Source of the DNA: Selaginella moellendorffii
Lineage: Eukaryota; Plantae; Lycopodiophyta
Reading direction: 5' to 3'
Length of the DNA stretch: 64,000 bases
Assembly (NCBI RefSeq): GCF_000143415.4
Contig: NW_003314263.1
Span: 2,072,749 to 2,136,748, forward strand
The notes under the pieces are model-generated. The model made no database searches. It saw only the letters and a list, made by a program, of their open reading frames with translations, and was not told the origin of the DNA. A program made the position numbers and the translations under genes. Positions 33,828-50,410 of the stretch are shown one piece after another; the stretch's first letter is position 1, and every line of letters starts with the position of its first letter.

Positions 33828-34203
33828 GAAGACGTATGAGTTGATTAAGTGCAATTTTTATTGGAAGAATATGAAGGTTGATATCCTTAAATATTGTAAA
33901 TCATACGAACTTTGTCAGCAGGTTAAGGTGCCACGGGAGAAGCCGGGGGGACTTTTGCAACTTTTACCTATTCCTCAAAGCTGTTAGTATAGTATCTCTA
34001 TGGACTTCATCACTTGTTTGCCACGAACACAGAAGCAAAAGGAGCAAGTATGGGTCATAGTGAATCGGTTGATGAAGTATGTGTGGTTGTTAGCTCTTCG
34101 GAAGACTATCACTGCCTCAGATTTGGCTGCGGTTTATTTGGAGAAGGTTTTCCCTGATTTTGGTTTGCCAAAAGACATCATTAATGATCAAGATTCAAAG
34201 TTC
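33828..34203 (+). mobile_element. Ty3/Gypsy integrase fragment (degenerate)
   Basis: FYWKNMKVDILKYCKSYELCQQVK..PGGLLQLLPIP..*..ISMDFITCLP..WVIVNRLMKY..FGLPKDIINDQDSKF. Confidence 0.85.
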
Positions 34204-35921
34204 AATGTTTTTAACATTTCCAAAGTAAGTTGACTTTTAACAGTATTAGTTGGAATTGTCATGCAAAGTTATTATAACCTCATAAGATCTAAAAAACAAA
34301 AGTTAAAATTAAACTTGAATAAAACTTTTTTTTACTTAGAAATATACTCCACCAAACCTCCTTCATCTCTATAGTCATGTCTAACTTTTCAAATAGCTCC
34401 TTGAAGTGTTAATAGCAATTTGCACTCCTTCCTAGTCAAGAATATACTTTGTTTGGGATAAAGTCTATAAACTTGAAAAACTATTCATCTATTTTGAATT
34501 TATCTTTTGTTGTCAATGATTATCTATATGTTTTATAATGCATACTAACTAATCCTGGAATATTATTTTTGAAATGCTAGACAACTCTTGTAATAAACCC
34601 CAACATAATGTTGTATTCATTTGTTGTTAAAGCTACAAGTTTATTCCAAGTTTAGATTTAAGTGTGTACTACTTAAATTAGGCTATTGTAAATTAATTCA
34701 ACTGTATCATTCTAAAGAAGTAATAATTGAATAAACCTTGTAGTTTGAACACTTTTTCCTTTGTCTCTGATATAGCTCTCATAAGGAATTAAATGTTGTT
34801 CAAATCAATTGTACTCTCTTACAATATCAAACTAAAAAAAGAACTTCCTTGCAACTCTAAAAAAAATTCCTCTTTTAACAGCATTCTCAATTGCTAAAAC
34901 CATTTCTATCTTTAAGATTGGATTCATGTAAGAATTATATTCACCACCTCTTCAGAAATCTGATGTACCAACTTTCCTATATCTCTCACAAAGTTTCTCA
35001 AAATTTGTGTAGTGGTATGTTTAGAGTAACACAAATATAACTCAGTTTTATAACTTGTATAATCTTCCTTTCCTCTTATAAAACCAAATTACTTATTGAT
35101 GCTTCTATTCTCTCTTGTTTGTCCTCTTTAAGTCATTGTTTGTAATTTTTATTCCTCTTTACAAGTGCATGATCACTAAAATTATCATGATCTTCCAAAC
35201 CTCCCAATTGAATAGTAGTAGATTCTATTTTAGTAAATACATTTCTTTTCCTAGCTTAGATACACCAAGCACAAAAAATTCTCAAGTCCCCTATATAAAA
35301 TAATTAACAAAAAAGAAAAAGCTTAAATCTACTTTACCTTTGTCATCAGTCTTAATAAAAGCCCAAGGATAACAAAAGGCTCAATTTAGCTATTTCTTTT
35401 TTGATGTATAAGCTTCTTCCCCTTGTGTTTTCTATACTAGTATTTTAGCTCTACCTAGAAATCCAAAACCCAAACCAAACAAACCCCTTCTAAGGTTGTT
35501 TGGGTTTTTTTAAGCCAGTTTAACAATGGACCATGTTTTTTCCTAAAATCTATAAGTTAAATGCATTGAAATAGAAAAGATTCAATGTATAATATACATA
35601 CCTTCTAAAACTGGATGAAGATTCTAAACAAGACAACTATGGTGTGCAGTTTAAATTCCAATCAATTGAGAGAGCAATACTGTCAGCACCTCATTCATTT
35701 AATTTGGAATATTCATTGTCCATTAAGAAAGAGAAAATATTCTGAAAGAATGGAAAAAAGGCTATATGCAAACACATTTTTCACGTGAAAGAAATTTCGG
35801 TAATTTCTACAAAAGGCATTTTGAAAACACACCCATTTTTGCAAGGTAAAATGGCTCAAAAAAGGGGCTGAAGGGCATCAATTTTGTGCCGTGTTATTTT
35901 GGCTCTGCATTTCCTGGCCAT

Positions 35922-37373
35922 ATGAAGCATATCCTGGTTCTTCCATTTCCACTCTCGGGCCATGTCATTCCCATGCTGAATCTCTGCTGCAAGCTCGCGT
36001 CGAGAGGTATCGGCCAGATCACGCTCCTCATCAACGAAGATTGCGTAGAAACGGTGGAGAAACTCCACGAGGAGCTCGTGGCCCGCGGAGATCTCAGCAA
36101 GGAGGTAGTCTTCACTGTGGAGTCCATTCCGGTCACCTGGCCTCCAGCATTTCGAGGCAGTGCCGAGCAGATCGAGTGCTTGTCCCGAGCAATCGATGGC
36201 ACGGGGAAGTTTGCGGAGGAGGTGGCCATCCGAGCCCTGCAGAGCACCAGTGTTCCTCCGGTCTCGTTTCTCCTGTCCGATTTCGGACTATGGTGGAGCC
36301 AGGATCTCGCCAACAAGCTGGGAGTTCCCAGGATTCTTCTCTCCATCATCGGGTTCCAGGAGTTCGGGATCATCCTCCAGATGCCGCGGCTCATCTCCCA
36401 GGGGATTTACAATCCTTTCGCCGGTAAGTCTCTCGAGTTTTTCTTTGCTGGCTAAGTTCCATCCTTCCCAGAGACCGAAGACGATGATCTCGAGAACAAG
36501 TTGATAGAAGTGCCTGGATTTCCAGCGTTCAGGGCCTCTGAAATCCCGCGGATCTCGCAGTTCCCGGACGCTCTCAAGTGCTACTGGGACGCGCTCATGC
36601 GATACATGACTCGTGCGAGAGAGGCCAAGCTCATCCTCGTCAACTCCTGCTACGAGCTCGAAGGCGAGGCCTACGACGCCACCCTTCGAATCCACAAGCT
36701 GCCGATCCATCTCGCCGGACCACTGCTCGCCAGCCCGCTCGATTCTGTTGCTACCTCCGACTGCTTGAAGTGGCTGGACACGATCAGATCCCCAAGGTCG
36801 GTGCTCTTCTCGTCTTTCGGTACGTTCTTACAGCTTCCATCGTCCGAGCTCGAGGAGATTCTCTTCGGCATCGAGGCTAGCGGCCAGAGCTTTCTACTGG
36901 CATTCCGGACGGATGTTGTGGTTGGAGATCCTTCTCCAACGCTGCTTTCCTTTCTGGATCGTTACAAAGAACCACAGTCAGATCCACGGAGCAAGCAGAG
37001 AGGATTGATCGTACCTTGGGCTCCTCAGCGAGAAGTTTTACTCCATGGCTCCGTGGGTGGATTTTTCACTCACTTTGGATGGAACTCGGTGCTGGAAAGC
37101 CTCGCGGCTGGCGTTCCCATGATCGGGAAGCCGATCGTGGGTGACCAAGTTGGCAACCGGAGGCTGGCGGTGGATCGCTGGAAGGTGGCGCTGGAGATCC
37201 CAGAGGACGATGAGAAGAAGTTGCGCAAAGAGGCCGTGGAAGCCACCGTGCGTGAGCTGTTTAGCAACGAAAAACTCCGGGCCAATGCTGCTCGGCTCGG
37301 TAAATCTCTCGAAGAGATCGTCCAGGAAAATGGGTGCGCGTACAAATGCTGGGACATGGTTGCTAAGATCTAA
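35922..37373 (+). CDS. Family 1 UDP-glycosyltransferase, 2 exons (48-nt intron 36424-36471)
   Basis: HILVLPFPLSGHVIPML contains the catalytic His. The PSPG box is WAPQREVLLHGSVGGFFTHFGWNSVLESLAAGVPMIGKPIVGDQ. The intron restores the frame. Confidence 0.92.
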
Positions 37374-38163
37374 CAAAAAAAAAAAAAGGCATTAAATCAT
37401 TAGACTAATTTAATTCTTAATTTCTTATTTAATATTAAATTTGAACATTACATTAAGTTGATAAAAACTTAATGCCTTAATTTTTCACTCTGGAGAGTTT
37501 AAAAATCAACGGTCGAGATCAGCCAAATCATGTGATCCAATGTGAAAAGCCTGTCTGTGAAGGATAGTGTAGGCCCGATCCCACACACGACCATTGGCTC
37601 GCGCTTCATCTCCCCGCGCGCGCATCGGGGCCGTCCAATATAGGCCCGTGCCACATCGACCGCCGGCAGCGCTCCAGCGCACGGGAGATCCGGCCGCCAG
37701 CGTGGGGGCATTGTACGGCTGGATCCCTTCGCTGGGCGGAGCGGATGGCGCCACGTCGGACGGCGAGGGCTAGTGTTGATTCGAGAGTGTGTTCTTTGCA
37801 TGTTTCCCTGTGACCACTCAAAGAGAGGAAAAATACAGGCAGGCCATAGCTCTAGGGTTCCATCGTCTTCTTCTTAGGGCGCGCGGGGCGGATCCGGTGG
37901 GCGCCATTGATTTCGGCATCGGCACAGGTTTGCTCCTCGCATTCTTGATCAAAAGATCGATTTTCGCGTTCTTTGATTCGCGTGCTTGCTCGTAAAAGGG
38001 TATTGCCGCAGGTTCTACGCTGATTGTGAGCAATGCAGTGCTGCATGGTGTGTGATCGGCATGGCATTGCTCTCTAGGCTGAATTTTTCACTCTTGGCTT
38101 CTTCCTTGGCTTGGTTGATTCACTTTGTTTGAGAGATTTTGAAGCTTTTGCTGTCCATGCAGT

Positions 38164-38717
38164 ATGTCGGCACCAGGAACTAACAAGAGCAATGGCACGG
38201 ACAAAGACCCAAATGAGGACAAGACTGACTACACCATAGCCAAGGCAGCGGGCGCGGTAATCGCGACTGGGATTGCCTGGACTGTTTTTAAGACGTTCTG
38301 GCCGAAGAAAGCCGACGAGGAATACGAGCGCTATAGCGAGGGAGTCTCATCGTTCGAGTCCGAAGCCCAGGTATCCAAAACTTCTCATCTCCACCATTCT
38401 CGTGCTCATCTCTCAAGTTGGTGCCAGGAAAAAACCGAGGGATTGGCGGACAGAGCTGCGTCCACGATCAGCAAAAAGTTCCCGAAGTTCTCGCGGAAGC
38501 ACAAATCCGGAGCGTACGAGGTCTGCCCGGGTGACACACTATATGGACTCTCGAGAAAATACGGGGTAAGGTTGCTATAGTTTCTCTACGCTGGAATTCT
38601 CACAACGATCATCGCAATCCCTCTATCTAGGTGACTGTGGAATCGATCAAAGCTGCCAATGGTATTCATAACGATATCATAGTCGTGGGAGATAAGCTCG
38701 ACATTCCAAGCTACTAG
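38164..38717 (+). CDS. Small LysM-domain protein with one hydrophobic segment, 3 exons
   Basis: YEVCPGDTLYGLSRKYG|VTVESIKAANGIHNDIIVVGDKLDIP. Confidence 0.85.
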
Positions 38718-39120
38718 AGCCGCGAAGAAGAACAAGAACAAGAACTAAGTTCATCCATCGGGTTTTTCTTTTTTCTTTTGTTTCCGTTTTTCTCGTCCCT
38801 CTTTTTTTTCTCTTGGTTTTTTTTTCCCTGGCCTCACAGCTATTATCATCCTCGTTTTTGTGGAGATTTTTTTTATCCTTGCGTTGTTTCAATGTGGAAA
38901 AATAGCATGTGGCTATACTTTCTAAACATTGTGTGTGATTGACACCTTGTAGAATTCCTGTCTAGCCACATTGGACGTTTGTATAGGATCGTGCGTTTAA
39001 CTTTATCTCGATTTGGTTATTATAAGTGGGATTAGTTTAAGGGGTAAAGGAGATGCGCGAATATGCCTCGAGCTAACGCTTTTGCGCTGCCGTCTTTGCT
39101 AGCGCTCGAGAGGAGGAGGA

Positions 39121-40597
39121 ATGGCGAATGCGATAGACCCTAATTTCCTGGCGCTCACGGCGATCATCACGGTAAGTTTGATTCTTGCTTGCTAGCGGCG
39201 CGCTTGCCTCCCTGGCTGGGATTCCCGAGCGGTTGATTGATATTTTGATGTTCTCGCGATTCATCCGGGGATTTTTCTCGTAGATTTTGTACCAGGGCTT
39301 GTTCTTCGCGATCGCGGCCACGTTTAAATTCGACAAAGTCACGGATTTCGCAGGTACTTGTATGCGCGTTTTCTATCGATTCTAGCCGCCTTGCTCTTCT
39401 TCTCAGGTAGCACAAACTTCGTTTTGCTCGCATTTTTGACGGCCGTCATCAACGGGACGTGGTTCACTCGCCAGGTTCGTTTGATTCTCACGCCTCGAAA
39501 GAAAAAGAAAAAAGAATTCTCACTTCTCACAAAGGCAGATCGTTTTGACACTGCTCGTCTTTGTGTGGGGGACGAGGCTCGCAGCCTTCCTGCTTATAAG
39601 GTACGCAAGTTCTTTCGCTCCAAACCTTTCAGGAACCAATCCTTGATCTCTTTTAGAATCTTGAAATGGGGAGAAGATCGAAGATTTGATGACAAGCGCA
39701 ACAACTTAGGCGCATTTGCGATCTTTTGGATAATGCAAGTAAGTCTTTGGATTCCACACGAAGTTTTCTCTATGGTTTTTCTTTCTATCTAGGCGGCATG
39801 GGTCTGGACTGTGAGCTTGCCGGTCACGATAGCCAATGCCAGCGACATGGATCCACCACTGGAAGCTCGCGATGCGATTGGATGGTTTCTCTGGATCTGC
39901 GGCATTGTCATCGAGATGACCTCCGACTACCAGAAGCTCAAGTTCAAGGAAGACATGGACAACAGAGACAAATGGTGTGACATTGGCTTTTGGAGCGTCT
40001 CTCGTCACCCCAACTATTTCGGAGAGGTACGTTCGAGCTTCCATTTCCATTTATCACAGGGAAAGCTTACAAACCATATGTTTCCTCCATAGATGCTACT
40101 TTGGTGGGGGATCTTCGCAGCCGCCTCGCCAGTTTTTCGAGGCGGCCAGTGGGCAGCCATCTTCGGGCCACTTTTCCTCATGGCCATCCTCCTCTTTCTC
40201 AGCGGCCTGCCTTTGCTCGAGGTGAAAAAACTCGTTAATACTTTGGAGTGCGTTTCTAAGATCTTCCACCTTACTCCAGGCATCTGCTGATAAGAAGTAT
40301 GGTTCCAATCCAGCGTACAGGATGTACAAGGAAACCACCAGGTGCGTAAAGCTTTTTCTCCAGATCTCAAAGTAGCAATCCCTCGTTTTTACAGTCCCTT
40401 GATACCTTTCCCGCCCACAAAGTATGCACAGCTCCCACCTTGGGTGAAGAAGACGTTCTTTTTCGAGTTTCCAATCTACAGCAAACATTTGGGTGAGAGA
40501 TAAGCTTTCAAATATCCCATTTTTACCTGTAAAACTACGCATAGCAAAGCTCGAGTTTATTGATTCTTTCAACCTCATTATAGGTGTTGTCGATTGA
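39121..40597 (+). CDS. DUF1295 / steroid 5-alpha-reductase-like membrane protein, multi-exon
   Basis: FDKVTDFAG|STNF, ILKWGEDRRFD, WVWTVSLP, WSVSRHPNYFGE, LFLSGLPLLE and FFFEFPIY. Confidence 0.9.
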
Positions 40598-40629
40598 TCA
40601 ATCGCTCGCTGCCAGCCTTGTTGATCAGC

Positions 40630-43385
<2,756 letters not shown>

Positions 43386-43806
43386 GGCGCTACCTCCTGC
43401 GCAGTGAGATCAAACCCTGGACCTGGAGAGAGCAAAATCCAAGAACCACATTACCCTAAATTGTGCCTTTTCCAGCTCCTCGCACTAAATATCGGGAGAT
43501 CGCGATCGATTGATCGAGCCGATCGCGTGTTTGCCACTAGATTCACCGCTCCACGCGCTTTCGACAGCTTCGGATCGAGCAACAGTGCTCCGGCTATGGA
43601 TGAATCGCCCGGCGACAAGGAAGGATCCTCGCGCCCTAGGAGGTGGGAGCCAAAGGATCGAAGAAGACAAAGAGAGGGGACTTTAAACTCTAGATCCGCC
43701 AATGTCGCCTCTCATACACACAATAAGGATGATGACGTGGCGGAAACAAAGCCAGTATTCTTGGCAGAATATTCTACGATTTAGGGTTCGCCAGGGACTT
43801 TAGGAC

Positions 43807-45100
43807 TCAAGCTGGTTCATTTTCCCGCTGGAGTCCCCTTATTAAACCACCAACATTGAGCTTATGAGGTGAAAATAAATACTTTTCTTCCACAACTTTG
43901 CAATTAAAGCTTGGGACCTGGACAAAAGTTTCGTGTACCTCACCAACTAAACATAAGCACTCCAAGTGTGGATGATGATACCAAAAGTTTTTGAAAGAAG
44001 GTGAAGTCCATATTGGCTCTGTCCCATGAATGTCAACACTCTTCAAGTGCAAGTTTTGCATAAGTTGTAACATATTTGGATGACTTTCACAATTATACCT
44101 TATGCGGTTATAAACTTGCATCAAGTGAAGTCATATCCAAATGTAGCAAGCTATCTCTCATGAAAGCCAAGGACAAGAGTTTCTTGACGTTCTTGTACTG
44201 CCACCTTTGCAGCAGAGTTTGGATAGCTCCACAAGTCTAGAGCTTACATTCACAACACAATCTCCATGAATTTCCAGCTCTTGCAAGCCATTGCAATTGA
44301 GCTGCAATACATGAAGTGGCGTTGCCAGCAATTCGTCTTCAAGATCAGTGAACGCATATGCCGGCTGTAAGCTAAACTTCTGGCGAGGAAGACATGACTA
44401 CCACTGGCGATTTCAAACTATCGCTGACCCTCAGCAAGGCCAAGAGTCTTGAGCAGTCGACAGTTGGATACAAAACTCGAGAGTTCATCATTAGTCAAGC
44501 TGTTAACCTCCCATAGTCTGAGCTCCTATATCAGAGAGAAGCATGAGTTTGTGCGTTCAGCCATTACAAGCTCAACTTCTCAAGCCTGTTACAACCTGTA
44601 ACTTTCAAAACAATGTCTTTTTCTTAAGAAACTAGCTCTTTCAGATGCTGAGGACCAGCGATAGCCAGAGTTGTACTCCCATATAGGCTACACTGCGCTA
44701 TATCTAGTACTTCAAACTTAGGGGAAGCTCGCACCAATGTTTGTATATCATCATATCTTAAATTCCACAAACAGAATAAGATTATTCTCGTGAGACTTGA
44801 AAGCGAGGGGAGCATTGGAAGTCCAGTTTTGAATCTTATATACTTTAGTGTCATGCTTGAGAAAACCCACTCAAAATCTCCCAGAAACCAGAAACTTCAA
44901 CTGCTGACAAACACAACTCAAAGATGCACAATGAATTTTTAGATTTGTCAAGCTTTGGTCAATCCAGCCCCTCACCTCCATATTGCAGCAATCGCCTACT
45001 AGCTTCTGCAAGCCATCCATGTGTTTACTCGCCAAAGCACCATTTACCATCGTTTACCCCACTATATAATGCTATAAGCATGAATAAACTTTCTCAACAC
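43807..45100 (-). pseudogene. Degenerate F-box/LRR-like gene
   Basis: LRR-like peptides (LSSLTRIILF..LVRASPKFEVLDIAQC, HLKSVDI, HPHLECLCL) are broken by many stops. Confidence 0.45.
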
Positions 45101-45704
45101 CAGGGCAGGCCAATGGAGTTCACAAAGGAATTTCGCAGCACCACTACAGTTGCAGAGGTCCTTTACATCCTCTTCAACCAACTTCTCCATTTAAAATCTA
45201 ATCTGGGGAAGTTTTTATTCACAGCGTCTCAGAGAACTAGAGATTTCTCAGTCTGGTGATTGCCGGCCTTGGCAAAATCAATGTAAATAGAAACTCCTGC
45301 AAAGGCTGTTCTTCTCTACTGATGCGTCATTTTTTGGGATTGACCTTGGAGCAGTCCGGTGCAGTGTCTCTCTCCTCCACACTTGCCTTGCTGTTCTAAG
45401 CAGGATCTGAAAATGGAGAGGAGTTTAAGTGAGAAACTCAACACCTGGAGAAACTCAACTCCTGTAAATTTAAGTGAGAAACTCAACTCCTGTAAATTCT
45501 ATTTCCAAGTTTGATAACAATTTTGAGGTTATCTTTGAGCTCCTGCCCCTAAATTCATCTGCCCTATTGTGTCATGGGTAGGTAGATAGCCAACTATGAC
45601 TGCAGTTTGTCAATTCCCACAGCTTTATCCATGTTCCATGTTTGGATTGCCGACTGGGTAATACCTTGACAGATGCTGCACGTGCTTGCCACCAGAGTGG
45701 AGAA

Positions 45705-48290
45705 TTAGTGTGGTTCATAAAAACTTCACTCCAGCCACATGGCTAGGGCACCCTAAGGTAGAAAGTGGGGAGAGTACCCACAAAGTTTATGTAGAGCCAC
45801 AGTGTTTCAAATGTTATCCCAAAATGAAAAGGAGAAAAACAATCCTTTTGAAGGCATGGTGAGGAAATTGGTCAAGCCTTTAAACCCTAACTAAATGGTA
45901 GTGTTGGTGAACACTGTTGTGGATGGAGTAGGATTTAGTAGGGATTGATGGAGGAAGGATGTTCCCCATGTCTCTAAACATCTTAAAGGTGCTAAGGTGT
46001 GGTCAAGGGATGATCACTCATGGATGGATAGCTTAGTTTTTGGGAAATGGGTTTGTGGTATAAATGGTATTAGGTGAATGGATATAGCTTTAGCATAACA
46101 AATTAATATGTCAATGTTACCTTTGGGTGTTTGTAATGAAATTGGACATGTGGAGCACTTAGGCCAAATGTAAAGATTGAGTGGCATAAATGCCATTTAG
46201 GAGAATGGAAAATTTAATCGCTTACAATTTGGTATCATAATTGTTCCTTAGTTCGACTTTGATTGGTGGTAAAGTATATCACCACTTGGCATCTGGATCC
46301 TACAACTGGATCTATCCTCAAGGAATAGCATGTCAAGAGGGCATGACTTTCCATTTGAGTTCATACGTATATATGTAAGCAATATGGTAAATAGAAAAGG
46401 GTTAATAAAGAAACGACTTTGGGATCTTGGGAACAATAGAAAGTTTTTCTCAAAGAGTTGAGGATATAATCTTTATAAGTGTGAAACACAAATCTTAGAT
46501 CCCCAAAAGTGGAGTTGAAAGGGTGCCATGTGGTAGTGGCTGAAGCTAAAGCCAAACAAAAGTAACACGTTTGAATTAAAAGTTTCGACTTGAAAAGTCA
46601 GAAGTGGGAGTGAACTCTCAACAAACTCTTAAGGAACGAGCACAAAGCGAACAATAAGTGAATCTCTAAAAAAGGGACATAAGAGGACTAACATATGATA
46701 CATGAAAGTGTCAAGATTAGAGTCTGAGATAGAGTCTAAGATAGAGCTGAGATGGAATCCCAAATGGAGTCCCAGATGGACCCAAGATGGACCCAAGATG
46801 GAGTTTAAAATGGAATCAAGACCAAGATTGACTTTGAGTCTGAGTCCAAATATTAATATAGATTGTTGGGTGAAAGCCCAAAGAGATTATCCCCCAGTAA
46901 GGGGGGGGGGGGGTTGCAAGAAGTTCCAAAAGTATAGTAGGGAGAGTGTGGGGTTGGACTCTAGTGGAACCAATTTGGCCAGGAAAGGTCAATGTGACCC
47001 AAGAAGGCTATACCCAAGTGTTGGGTGATGATATAACCATTGAAGAGTCCAAGGCTAGAGTGAATATGAACAAACAAGTGGGGTAATTTGGTAAACTATT
47101 CAAGAGCCGACTCTAGCTCCCTTGAGAGATCAAATGGTCGATGTTCCCAATTTAGATGTGGGTGGCATTATCTACTTGGATACATGGTGTGGCTAATTAG
47201 AACCTTGCTCTAGCCCTATGGTTAGGGCACCCAAAGGCAGAAGGTGGGGAGAGTACCTATGAGACTTGCGTAAGGCTGCGGTGTTTCGAAATGTTGTTAT
47301 AAAGTCCCAAACTAAAGAAAGGAAGAAATGCAATCCTCTTATGTGGTGACCAAAGATGCAATCATATGGCAAGGAAGTCCTAGAGGTTAGTGGTACATAG
47401 TGGTCGGGCCTTTAAACCCTAATTCAATGGTAGTGTTAGCAAATATGGCTGTGGAAGAAAAGAGATTTGGTAGACACTAAAAAATGGATATTGAGGAAGG
47501 TTATTCCCTATGACTACGAGATGTTAAGGAGTGGATCTAGGATAATCACTCCTAGATGGATGACTCAGTCTTTGAGAGACAGACCGTAATGCAGGTGGTG
47601 GTCCAACGGTGGTGTTGGACAATCGGAGTGACAAAGGTGAATGGGCATGGCTTTAGTATAATGGGCTGATATATCAATGGCACCTTTGGGTGTCAATCAT
47701 GGGATTGGACATGTGAAGCACTTGGACCAAGTGCAATGGTTGAGTGGCATGGATGCCATTCTTGAGGCTAGCAAGTCCCCAAGTTTGGAATAAAACTTAT
47801 AGAAGTTGTAAGTGAGACTTCTCCAAGTGGTCAGAGGTGTGGCTAAGTGATTAAAGTAGAATGGAAAATTTAGTCGTTTATAGTAAGTGTTTCACTTATC
47901 AAATTAGCTAATATGGTTGTGGTAAACAACTATAGTTGGGATCATGGGAAAGGTACTCTAAGACAATAAAAAAGTCATATAATTATCTATATAGTTAAGG
48001 ATGGTGCTCATAAATTTAAGAATAAAGTTAATGATAGTGAGAGGTCAAATACAAAGTAATGTTCTTGAAATAGTAGTTAGTGCTACCTTTAATAAAAGCC
48101 TGAATAACCTAAGGAATTGGGGGGTGTACTTAAAGGATGAGTTAGTGTTCTCATTATATGAGAAAATAATTCTAAAAGGCAAAAGTAGCCTATATAAAAC
48201 AAAGGATAAATAAGTGTTGGAATAACACTTGTAAAGACAATCCTTGTGAATAAAAGGCAAATACAATAAGTTATATTCAAGTATGGTGGC
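45705..48290 (+). mobile_element. Degenerate LTR element: partial 5' LTR ending CTTACA (46226), PBS TGGTATCA (46230), and a non-coding internal region interrupted by a solo LTR
   Basis: The LTR part matches ~51285-51977. The internal parts 46230-46479 and 47883-48290 are homologous to the reverse complement of ~55250-55910. Confidence 0.75.
46480..47882 (+). mobile_element. Long solo LTR nested in the internal region of a related element
   Basis: Runs TGTGAAACAC...GTTTATA (decayed CTTACA), with flanks ATAAG/GTAAG. Homologous to 50411-51977. Confidence 0.8.
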
Positions 48291-50410
48291 ACCTCAAAGT
48301 AGCTAAAAGGTTAGGACCTTACAGGGATTTGGTCTCCTTGAGTTCTTTTTTGTTTAATTGATAGGGGGGATGAACCACTACTATAGCACCCTCGACCAAC
48401 TCAATGTTTTTTATTGATCGGGCAGGGGGTAACCTTGCCAATAATTCCTCTAGCATAGTATCTTGAAATCAATCTAACATCTTCTGGATCATTAAAGCTA
48501 AATGACTTAGTAAAGTCAAAGGATAATCCCAAAGGCTTGAAAGAATCCCACTTGAATGATGTGTTGTACTTTACAAATGATTAGGAGGATTATGAGATCT
48601 AAATTTGAGAACAGTGGGTATTTTATTGATAGCAGAAAGTATCATTCTAAAGTTGTGAAAAGGTGTTTATGAAAGATAACAATTTTAGCAAAGAATTATA
48701 TATGAAAACTATGGAGTAGTGCTAACCAATAGTTGGTATAAAAAACAATTGCTTTCGTTTTGATAAAACTTATGAGGGTAGTCTCATGGAGTTGATAAGG
48801 TGGAAACCCCAAATGTCTCAAGAGATGATGTCTTGAGGTCAAGTTTGTGGGTTCATGGGAACCCCTTATTAAAGGAATCTCAATAGAACTGAGATTAACA
48901 AAGCCTAAGCTAAAAGGCATATGACTCAAGTGTATTGACCTAAATAATGATAAATGTATGAAAGAATTAGCAATGAGTTGTAAGACTTAATAATTATAAA
49001 GCAACTAAGTGAAAGATGTGGCATAATTATCTTAATAAAAAGTCTTGGGAATATTCACTTCTACCAATCTAATCAATTATGATAAAAATGAGGTTATTAA
49101 GGGATAACTTGTTTATGTTGCAATACAATAAATCAATGACATAAAAGGAAATGCTCATTGTTAAAAAAGGCAATCATTGAACACCTAAGCACTCTAAACC
49201 ACTAAGAAGTGGTATTTGGTATTAAGAGGGCATTAGATAAAGTTTAAGGGACTAAGTCCCTAATAAATAATGGATAAAAAGTGTTATTCAATGTCCAAAG
49301 TTGCAGAAACAAGAGAAGCCCATTTATCTAAATTAAACAATACCAAATTATTTTTGGCAAGACTAGTGACGAGCATAAAAAAGCCCATAAGTAGCAACAT
49401 TAATTCTAATGTATGGAATTACAATGTGAACATATCCAAATTGAAGAATCACTCCTTAGGTCATTGAGTAAATTCATCCTTAATAATACTTGCTAATGCA
49501 TAATAGAAAGTGTAAAGCTACCCTCATAGTTGAGAGGGGAATAACCGAAAGGAATGTGTAAGGCAAGAAGCAAATAATAAAAGGATAAAACTAAACTATA
49601 AAAATTGAAGGGCATAGCCAAAAGTGGTTGTACAAATTAAGAGTAGGGAATTAAGTGAGTGCTCGAAAGTGTTGTTACTGGCAACCATGGTGCTATGATG
49701 AGTTTAAAATATAGGATTATCCATATTAGACTATATGCCAGATAAGAAACTTGCAAAAAAAGAAGCTTTAATAAGCTAAGGGACAAAGTCCATTCAATGT
49801 TTCCAAATAATTTTCTAGGTGGTCACCCTTTTGCTGCACCATTTTAATTTTACACATTTCTATAAACCATTTACACTTATCTTCCTTGAAGCTTGCCATA
49901 AGGTGAAACTATCAAAGTTGGGGAAGTAGTTCCCAAGTGTTCAAAGAAATAGCTTTGAACAAAAGTTAATGTTTAAGGACTTTCACACTTATGCATAGAA
50001 CTATATTATGCTTGTCATGTGACTTGCTAAGCGAAAATGGTAAGTCGGAGGAAAAAAGACCTTAGTTGAAGGTGTTGATATAAAAAGGGGTGGCCCATGG
50101 GGCCAAACATGGAAGAGTCCATGCACAATCATAGGCTGATTAACTAGCTTGTCAAGTGAGAAGACTTGGAAATTTGGAAGAACTAAATTCTTAAACTGTG
50201 ATCCATAACACATTTTGGGTATAAGTTGGTACACTGGCATGGTGAGTCATGCTAGGCATCCTAGATAATACTATCTATAGATGCATATGCAGAGGTTAGG
50301 GTATGGTGATGGTTTAGAATATGAAAACATTTATTTTTCGATGGTCATGGATTCTCAGTAAGAAGGCTGGCTTGGGCACACCACCAAGTGGGGGATGCCC
50401 TAGAGTCCTG

